Shown piece by piece: positions 57,815 through 64,000 of a stretch of 64,000 bases of DNA. Numbering within the stretch: the stretch's first letter is position 1; the number at the start of each line of letters is the position of its first letter. Source of the stretch: Dehalococcoidia bacterium (GTDB taxonomy: Bacteria > Chloroflexota > Dehalococcoidia > Plut-88900); contig OZ240219.1 of assembly GCA_965197645.1 (NCBI GenBank), forward strand, positions 1,504,001-1,568,000, in the 5' to 3' direction. The notes under the pieces are model-generated. The model was not told the origin of the DNA. It did not search any database and was given only the letters and a program-made list of their open reading frames with translations. Position numbers and translations under genes: made by a program.

Positions 57815-58942
57815 ATGGCTGATTACAGGGTTGTATCGTCGGACAACCACATCGTCGAGCCTCCCGACCTGTGGCTTACCAGAATCGATCCCGATTACAG
57901 GGAACGTGGCCCCCAAATGCATGAAACAGAACGAGGCCCCTTCTGGTTCATCGATGGGGAGATGGCATTCAACATCACCGACATGGCCGCCCAGGCCGGT
58001 AAACGGTTTGAGTCCCGCGAAGAGCTTACAACGGTGGCGGAGTGGGAGAATGCCCGGCCAGGCGCTTACATCCCCGAAGAAGCCGTCAAAGATATGGACA
58101 TCGATGGGGTCGACGTTGGGGTCGTGTACCCCAGCCTGGCCATATTCCTCTACCCCCTGGTGGAGGACAGCGCCCTTCTGAGCGCCATTCTGACGACCTA
58201 CAACGACTTCGCCGCCGAGTTCTGCCAGGCCATTCCCCGGCGATTGAAGGGGATAGCCACCGTGAACCTGGACAGCGTATCGGAAGGGGTGGCAGAGTTG
58301 GAACGGTGCGCCAAGATGGGGTTTGTAGGAGCCGCCATCCCCGAGTACATGTCGATCAGGCCCTACTTCTCGCCTGAAAACGAGCAGCTGTGGGCCACTG
58401 CTCAGAACCTGGATATAGCCCTAGACCTGCACATCTCCACTGTTCGGGTCCAGAAAGGCCGGGGCTGGGACCGGGAGCTGGACAACTTCGGTTTCGCCAA
58501 CGTGATGCTGGACAACTGCGATTACTGGGTCCGGGTCTCCCTTACCGAGATGATCCTGAGCGGTGTGTTCGAGCGATATCCCAAGCTCAAGGTAGGCGTC
58601 GCAGAGCACGAGCTCCACTGGGTGCCTTACTGGCTGGAGCGGATGGACTACACCTACAACGAACGGGGCGGTGGACAAGAGGGTTTCAGGTTGAAGAACA
58701 ATATGGTCCCCAGCGATGTGTTCCACAGCAACTGCTTCGTCGATTTCCAGGAGGACGCAGAGGGCATCGCTCACCGTGACATCATTGGCGTCGACAACAT
58801 CATGTGGGGATCCGACTACCCGCACACCGAGGGCACCTTCCCCAAGTCCAGGGAGTTCATCGAGACCATCCTGGCCGACTGCACTGAGGAGGAGAGGGAC
58901 AAGATAGTGGCCGGCAACGCCGCCAGGATATACGGAGTCTAG
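57815..58942 (+). CDS. Amidohydrolase-2 family protein
   Basis: SSDNHIVEP, YNDF, WGSDYPH. Confidence 0.9.
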   Translation: MADYRVVSSDNHIVEPPDLWLTRIDPDYRERGPQMHETERGPFWFIDGEMAFNITDMAAQAGKRFESREELTTVAEWENARPGAYIPEEAVKDMDIDGVDVGVVYPSLAIFLYPLVEDSALLSAILTTYNDFAAEFCQAIPRRLKGIATVNLDSVSEGVAELERCAKMGFVGAAIPEYMSIRPYFSPENEQLWATAQNLDIALDLHISTVRVQKGRGWDRELDNFGFANVMLDNCDYWVRVSLTEMILSGVFERYPKLKVGVAEHELHWVPYWLERMDYTYNERGGGQEGFRLKNNMVPSDVFHSNCFVDFQEDAEGIAHRDIIGVDNIMWGSDYPHTEGTFPKSREFIETILADCTEEERDKIVAGNAARIYGV

Positions 58943-59007
58943 GCTTCTGCGGGCTATTGTAGAGCCAAGTATTTCGATACTAGAGGCCCAGTGAAGGAGG
59001 GAACAAA

Positions 59008-60156
59008 GTGAATGGATCTCGTTCTTACATAGACGTGGATGGACACATTCTCGAACCCCCTGAGATGTGGCAGGAATACATCGAGCCTGAGTACCGGGAC
59101 AACGCGATAAAGATTGACCTGGACGAAGATGGGCTCGAGTTTCTGAATGTCGATGGCAAGTCCTCCTGGTTCATGCGGGGAGGCACCTTGGGCGCCATCG
59201 CCGGCATCGGTCAGGACGTCCACGAGCACCTGACACCGGGCGCTTTGACCTACCAGGACTCCTTGCTCCTGGGCGGGTACGATCCTGACGAGAGGATCAA
59301 GGTGATGGATGCCGAGGGCATCGACGTATCTATAATGTACCCATCGCTGGGGCTTAGCTGGGAAGACGTATGCTCCGACGCCAAAGTTGCTGCAGCCAAT
59401 TGCCGTGCCTACAACAACTGGCTGCTTGATTTCTGCAAACCCCACCCCAACCGGTTGGTCGCTGCGGCCCACATCCCCACATTGGACATTAACGAAGGCG
59501 TCAAAGAGCTGAGGAGAACTGCCGCACTCGGGGCCAAGGCTGCGATGCTGTCGTCCCTCCCTCCCAACAATCTTCCTTACGGGAGCGACTACTTCGATCC
59601 TCTCTGGGCCGAGGCCCAGGAGCTGGGGATGCCCATGACCATCCATCCAACGACCGGGTACGAGTCCATTATCAACAAGTTCTATCCCCGCACCGAGGAC
59701 GTATCCACCTGGTGGGTGTTCGTGACGGCGTCCGACGAGGTGAAGTTCCAGTTCACGTCGCTGTTCAACAACGGCACCTTCGAAAAGTACCCGGAGCTCA
59801 AGGTGGTGGTGCTGGAGTCGGGAATCGGTTGGCTGGTCTACTGGATGGACCGGATGGACGACAAATTCGAGGTCAACGGATTTACTACTCCGATGAAGAT
59901 GGAGCCCAGCAAGTACTTCCAGCGCCAGGGGTGGATCGCCATGGACCCCGATGAGCGGCTGGCCAAATTCAGCATAGACGTCCTGGGGGCCGAAAAGTTC
60001 CTGTGGGCCTACGACTACCCCCACTCCGACTCCATCTTGGACCCCGTGCGGAAGCTGAACGAGAACCTGGCCCCGTTACCAGAGGAGGCCCAGCGGAAGG
60101 TGGCCAGCGAAAACGCCACCGGGCTCTATCAGCTGCCCGTCCCAACTGCGGTCTAG
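59008..60156 (+). CDS. Amidohydrolase-2 family protein
   Basis: DVDGHILEP, ESGIGW, WAYDYPH. Confidence 0.9.
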   Translation: MNGSRSYIDVDGHILEPPEMWQEYIEPEYRDNAIKIDLDEDGLEFLNVDGKSSWFMRGGTLGAIAGIGQDVHEHLTPGALTYQDSLLLGGYDPDERIKVMDAEGIDVSIMYPSLGLSWEDVCSDAKVAAANCRAYNNWLLDFCKPHPNRLVAAAHIPTLDINEGVKELRRTAALGAKAAMLSSLPPNNLPYGSDYFDPLWAEAQELGMPMTIHPTTGYESIINKFYPRTEDVSTWWVFVTASDEVKFQFTSLFNNGTFEKYPELKVVVLESGIGWLVYWMDRMDDKFEVNGFTTPMKMEPSKYFQRQGWIAMDPDERLAKFSIDVLGAEKFLWAYDYPHSDSILDPVRKLNENLAPLPEEAQRKVASENATGLYQLPVPTAV

Positions 60157-60214
60157 CTGGTGAAGTCGTAAAGCCAGCCGGTGTTCCGCGGGAGAGGAAC
60201 GTTCCCAGGTCGGG

Positions 60215-62671
60215 TTAGACCTTAATCCGCTCGCTCTTCGGATCATAGGGCGGCGTGAGGCGCACCTTGGAGGGAACGCGCCGCGTAGCAACTTCGATTT
60301 CGTAGAGGCCGGAACGTATCCAGCCAGGGGTCACGCCGTCCTCGCTCTCTACGTAGCCCATGCCCACCGAGCGGCCCAGTGAGTGGCCGTAGTTTCCCGA
60401 GGTGGTGCGGCCTACCAGGACGCCATCGCGGTAGATGGGTTCGTCACCCAGCAGCAGCGGCTCCGGGTCTTCCAGCAAGAATATGGCCAGCCGCTTCGTC
60501 AGGCCCTCCTCTCTCTGGCGCAGCAGGGCCTCTTTCCCGATGAAGTCGGCGTTCTTGTCGAAGGCTACGGCAAAGCCCAAACCGGCCTCCAGGGGGGTAT
60601 CCACGCTGGTGATGTCGTGGCCCCAGCCCCGGTACGCCTTTTCCAACCTCAGCGAGTCCAGGGCATGGTACCCGGCGTGCTTCAGCCCGAACGGTCGCCC
60701 CTCCTCCGTGATGGCTTCGTACACCTTCAGGGCGTACTCGGTGGGGACGTAGAGCTCCCAGCCCAGCTCTCCCACGTAGGTGATGCGCGAGGCCCTTACC
60801 GGCGCATAGTCCAGGTAGATCTCTTTGGAGGTCAAGAAGGGAAAGGCATCGTTGGAGAGGTCCGCCTTGGTAAGGCGGGACAGCAGCTCCCTGGAACGAG
60901 GCCCCATAACGCTGAGTACTGCGTAGACGGAGGACACATCGGTGAGGGCGGCGCGAGCCTCCCCGGGAATGTGTCTCTTGATCCAGGCGAAGTCCTGGGT
61001 GACTGAGCCGGCCGACGTGACGATCATATAGGCATCTTCCGAGAGCCGGTTCACCGTCAGGTCCGATTGGAAGCCGCCCCGGCTGTTCAGCATGGCGGTA
61101 TACACCAGACTGCCGGGTTCCACGGCCACGTCGTTGGCGAAGATGCGTTGGAGCACCGATTCCGCATCGGGCCCCTGTACCAGGAACTTGGCGAAGGAGG
61201 TCTGATCGAACAACCCCACCGCCTCACGAACGGCGAGGTGCTCCTGGGCAGAGTAGGGGAACCAGTTCTGCCGGTCCCAGGAGTACTCATACTTGGCCTC
61301 GACACCCTCCGGGGCGTACCAGTTGGGCCGTTCCCAGCCAGCCACAACCCCGAAGCAGGCCCCCCTGGATTTCAGCCGGTCGTGAAGGGGGGAGCGCCGT
61401 ATCCCTCGGGCGGTCTCCGGCTGGCGATGGGGCCAGTGCATTGCATAGAGCAGGCCCAGGGCCTCGACGGTGCGGTCGCGGAGGAAGTTCGGGTTGTTGG
61501 CCCACTTCTGGAAGCGGCCGATGTCCACCTCCGAAAGGTCCATGGTCATTTCGCCCTCGGTTATCCACTCGGCCATAGCGTGTCCGGCCCCCGCCGCCGA
61601 AGCGACGCCGCTGGAGTTGAACCCTGCGGCTACGAAGAAGTTTCGCAGCTCCGGCGCTTCGCCCATGATGTACCGAGTGTCGGGGGTGAAGCTCTCGGGA
61701 CCTATGAGCCTAATCCGGACCCCCGCGTCGGCAATGGCCGGAACGCGGTCCATGGCCTTTTCCAAGAAAACGTTGTAATGGCTCCACTCCCGGCTGAGCA
61801 TGTTGAGGGAGAAGTCATCGGGGATGCCGTTCATCCCCCAGGGAACAGCCTCGGGTTCGAAGCCTCCGACCAGAAGGCCCCCGCCTTCGTGGGGATAGCG
61901 CCTTATGTAGATGTATCCATCGGGGTCTCGAAGGGAGGGCATGTCGTCGGTGGTGCCGGGCACCGGCTCGGTTACGAAGTAGGCGTGGTCGGCAGCGTGG
62001 AGGGGGATGGATACGTCGCACGTCAGACCGATTTCCCTGGCCCACATTCCTGCGCAGTTCACCACGATATCGCACGCGATGTCGCCATCCTCCGTCGAGA
62101 CGCCAACGGCCGTTCCGTCCCTGGTGAGGATGTTGGTCACCGGGGAGTTCTCGAAGAACTTCACGCCCCGCTCGGTGGCGCCGATTACAAGGGCGTTGGC
62201 CGTGCTGTCCGGGACGGTCTCTCCGTCCAGGGGGATATGTACCGCCCCGACAAGGTCACCGGTGCTCATCAGAGGCCACAGGTCTTCGGCCTCTCGAAGG
62301 CTTATCTCCTCCATCTGGACCCCAAAGCTCTTGGCTAGAGATATCATCCGTCTCAGCTCGTCCATGCGGCCCTGGGTGCGGGCCACGCTTACGCTGCCCG
62401 TCTGGCGGAAGCCCGTATCCAAGCCCGTCTCGTCCTTGAGCTCCTGGTAAAGCCGCACCCCGTAGCGGGAGATATCGGTCAGTGCGCGGGTATGCCGCAG
62501 CTGGGTTACCAGGCCCGCGGAGTGGGCAGTGGTGCCGCTGACCATAGCGCTCCGCTCCATCACCACCACGTCCTTCCACCCGATTTTCGACAGGTGGTAG
62601 GCGACGCTGCACCCTACGATGCCTGCGCCTATGACCACTACCCGGGCTTGCTGAGGCAATTTCTTTGCCAT
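60215..62671 (-). CDS. FAD-dependent oxidoreductase with GcvT domain (dimethylglycine/sarcosine dehydrogenase family)
   Basis: VIGAGIVG, GTTAHSAG, GPESFTPD, YVGELGWELY, LRLEKAY. Confidence 0.92.
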   Translation of the reverse strand: MAKKLPQQARVVVIGAGIVGCSVAYHLSKIGWKDVVVMERSAMVSGTTAHSAGLVTQLRHTRALTDISRYGVRLYQELKDETGLDTGFRQTGSVSVARTQGRMDELRRMISLAKSFGVQMEEISLREAEDLWPLMSTGDLVGAVHIPLDGETVPDSTANALVIGATERGVKFFENSPVTNILTRDGTAVGVSTEDGDIACDIVVNCAGMWAREIGLTCDVSIPLHAADHAYFVTEPVPGTTDDMPSLRDPDGYIYIRRYPHEGGGLLVGGFEPEAVPWGMNGIPDDFSLNMLSREWSHYNVFLEKAMDRVPAIADAGVRIRLIGPESFTPDTRYIMGEAPELRNFFVAAGFNSSGVASAAGAGHAMAEWITEGEMTMDLSEVDIGRFQKWANNPNFLRDRTVEALGLLYAMHWPHRQPETARGIRRSPLHDRLKSRGACFGVVAGWERPNWYAPEGVEAKYEYSWDRQNWFPYSAQEHLAVREAVGLFDQTSFAKFLVQGPDAESVLQRIFANDVAVEPGSLVYTAMLNSRGGFQSDLTVNRLSEDAYMIVTSAGSVTQDFAWIKRHIPGEARAALTDVSSVYAVLSVMGPRSRELLSRLTKADLSNDAFPFLTSKEIYLDYAPVRASRITYVGELGWELYVPTEYALKVYEAITEEGRPFGLKHAGYHALDSLRLEKAYRGWGHDITSVDTPLEAGLGFAVAFDKNADFIGKEALLRQREEGLTKRLAIFLLEDPEPLLLGDEPIYRDGVLVGRTTSGNYGHSLGRSVGMGYVESEDGVTPGWIRSGLYEIEVATRRVPSKVRLTPPYDPKSERIKV

Positions 62672-62709
62672 ACGTCCTCTATCTAGCTACATCTCGTCTC
62701 TGGCCCGGT

Positions 62710-62777
62710 AGCCTAGCACCATGCCTGGTGACGGTCAACGTGAGTTTCTTGACCCTGGTGTGGCCGGTTGCTAAAGT
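62710..62777. promoter_or_regulatory. Back-to-back divergent sigma70 promoters
   Basis: Minus strand TTGACC-N17-TAGGCT (62738-62710); plus strand TTGACC-N17-TAAAGT (62749-62777). Confidence 0.55.
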
Positions 62778-62860
62778 ACCTTCTCAATGGGGTCGAGGCT
62801 TGGCTTCGGTCTCCTGTCCGAATACGTAACAGATGTGGTCGAAGAGTTCGAGGAGTTGCC

Positions 62861-63901
62861 ATGTCCAAGAAGTTCGCCTTCGTGGGAGCGGGAGCGGTCG
62901 GAAGCTACGTTGGAGGGCTGATATCCGAGGTCGGCGAAGACGTTACTCTCATCGATCCGTGGCCCGACCATATCGAAGCCGTCAAAGACAGTGGCCTGCG
63001 GATCTCCGGTACCCAGGGCGAACACCACGCCCGGCCTCAGGCCCTTCACCTGAACGAGGTCCAGGGCCTAATAAGATCGCCCATAGACGTCGCATTTGTC
63101 TGCACCAAGTCCTACGACACCGGTTGGGCGACTCTGCTGATCAAGGACTACCTATCCCCACAGGGGTTTGCCGTTTCTCTACAGAACGGCATAAACGAAG
63201 AGACCATGGCCGGCGTACTGGGGTGGGGACGGGTGGTGGGGTGCATCGCCAGCAACATCGGCGTCGGCCTGATGGGCCCGGGCCATGTTACCCGCACCGC
63301 TGCTGCCGGCGGCGCCCAACACACCGTGTTTCGAGTGGGCGAAGTCCACGGAAGAATCACTCCCAGGGTGGAGGAGCTGGCCGCCCTGCTGGAAAGGGTG
63401 GACAGCGCCAAAACCACCTCCAATCTCTGGGGCGAGAGGTGGAGCAAGCTGACAGCCAACTCCATGGGCAACGGCGTGCAGGCGGTTACCGGCGCCAGCT
63501 CCAGGGAGATGGCCCAGAACGCAGATATCAGAAGGCTGACCATCCGGCTGGCCGCAGAGGCGGTAGCTGTGGGCCAGGCATTGGGCTACGATCTGGTACC
63601 CATTGGCGGTAGAGACCCGGAGGTCTGGCTGGCTGCCGGCCGGGGTGAGGGACTCGAAGAGCTGGAGCTTTCCATCATGCAGGCCGCTGAGCGCTACCAG
63701 GAATCGGGGCGTTCATCGACGGCCCAGGATATGGAGAAGGGGCGACGTCTGGAGATCGAGTACCTGAACGGGGTCGTGGTGGCTAAAGGCAAAGAGGCCG
63801 GCATAGATGTCTCGGCCAACGAAGGCTTGGTGGCCAAGGTCAAGGCCGTGGAGCGAGGGGAGCTGTCCGTCGGCATCGACACCCTGAAGGAGCTGTTCTG
63901 A
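62861..63901 (+). CDS. Ketopantoate reductase (PanE/ApbA) family oxidoreductase
   Basis: GAGAVG, TKSYD, SLQNG, WSKL..N, EIEYLNG. Confidence 0.88.
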   Translation: MSKKFAFVGAGAVGSYVGGLISEVGEDVTLIDPWPDHIEAVKDSGLRISGTQGEHHARPQALHLNEVQGLIRSPIDVAFVCTKSYDTGWATLLIKDYLSPQGFAVSLQNGINEETMAGVLGWGRVVGCIASNIGVGLMGPGHVTRTAAAGGAQHTVFRVGEVHGRITPRVEELAALLERVDSAKTTSNLWGERWSKLTANSMGNGVQAVTGASSREMAQNADIRRLTIRLAAEAVAVGQALGYDLVPIGGRDPEVWLAAGRGEGLEELELSIMQAAERYQESGRSSTAQDMEKGRRLEIEYLNGVVVAKGKEAGIDVSANEGLVAKVKAVERGELSVGIDTLKELF

Positions 63902-64000
63902 TATCTGAGGGACACCCCTTCGGCGGGCTCAGGGCAGGCTCTCAGACTCCCGGCCCCAGCATACAGTCCCAGGTAAGGAGCTTCGCCCCTCTGCATGCCC
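63901..64000 (+). repeat. REP-like repeat, long (nested) form, reaching the window end
   Basis: ATATCTGAGGGACACC-CCTTCGGCGGGCTCAGGGCAGGCT-CTCAGACTCCCGG...CTTCGCCCCTCTGCA. Confidence 0.8.

Noticed and set aside
31261-62671. Choline-betaine-dimethylglycine pathway formed by the GMC, BHMT-like and GcvT-like genes
   Set aside because: The genes are 10-20 kb apart and belong to large promiscuous families; specificity cannot be read from the sequence
31173-64000. Dispersed hairpin repeats as a CRISPR array or IS ends
   Set aside because: Copies are kilobases apart with no regular spacers, no cas genes and no transposase

Overview
GC-rich (about 60% by eye) bacterial chromosomal window. The gene content suggests Chloroflexota, Dehalococcoidia/SAR202-like: paralogous amidohydrolase-2, LLM, SDR and GMC enzymes, orphan family-5 solute-binding lipoproteins and an acidic S-layer-type protein. 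This assignment is inference from gene families; no search was run. Core genes include CIRCE-hrcA-grpE-dnaJ (no dnaK), prmA, plsY, der, argF, mnmE and six tRNAs. Accessory content includes a ~1290-aa modular acidic surface protein followed by an LPxAG-sorted protein, a lipoprotein beta-propeller/di-heme enzyme behind a tandem palindromic operator, a tandem trio of separately promoted and terminated solute-binding protein genes with mosaic identity (copy 1 frameshifted), oadG-oadB with an apparent ATA start, a solo Mrr-family nuclease and many catabolic enzymes. A REP-like repeat family occurs in short and nested long forms. Two or three small ORFs are missing from the ORF track, and there are two candidate structured leader RNAs. 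No CRISPR array, integrase, transposase or rRNA was seen.
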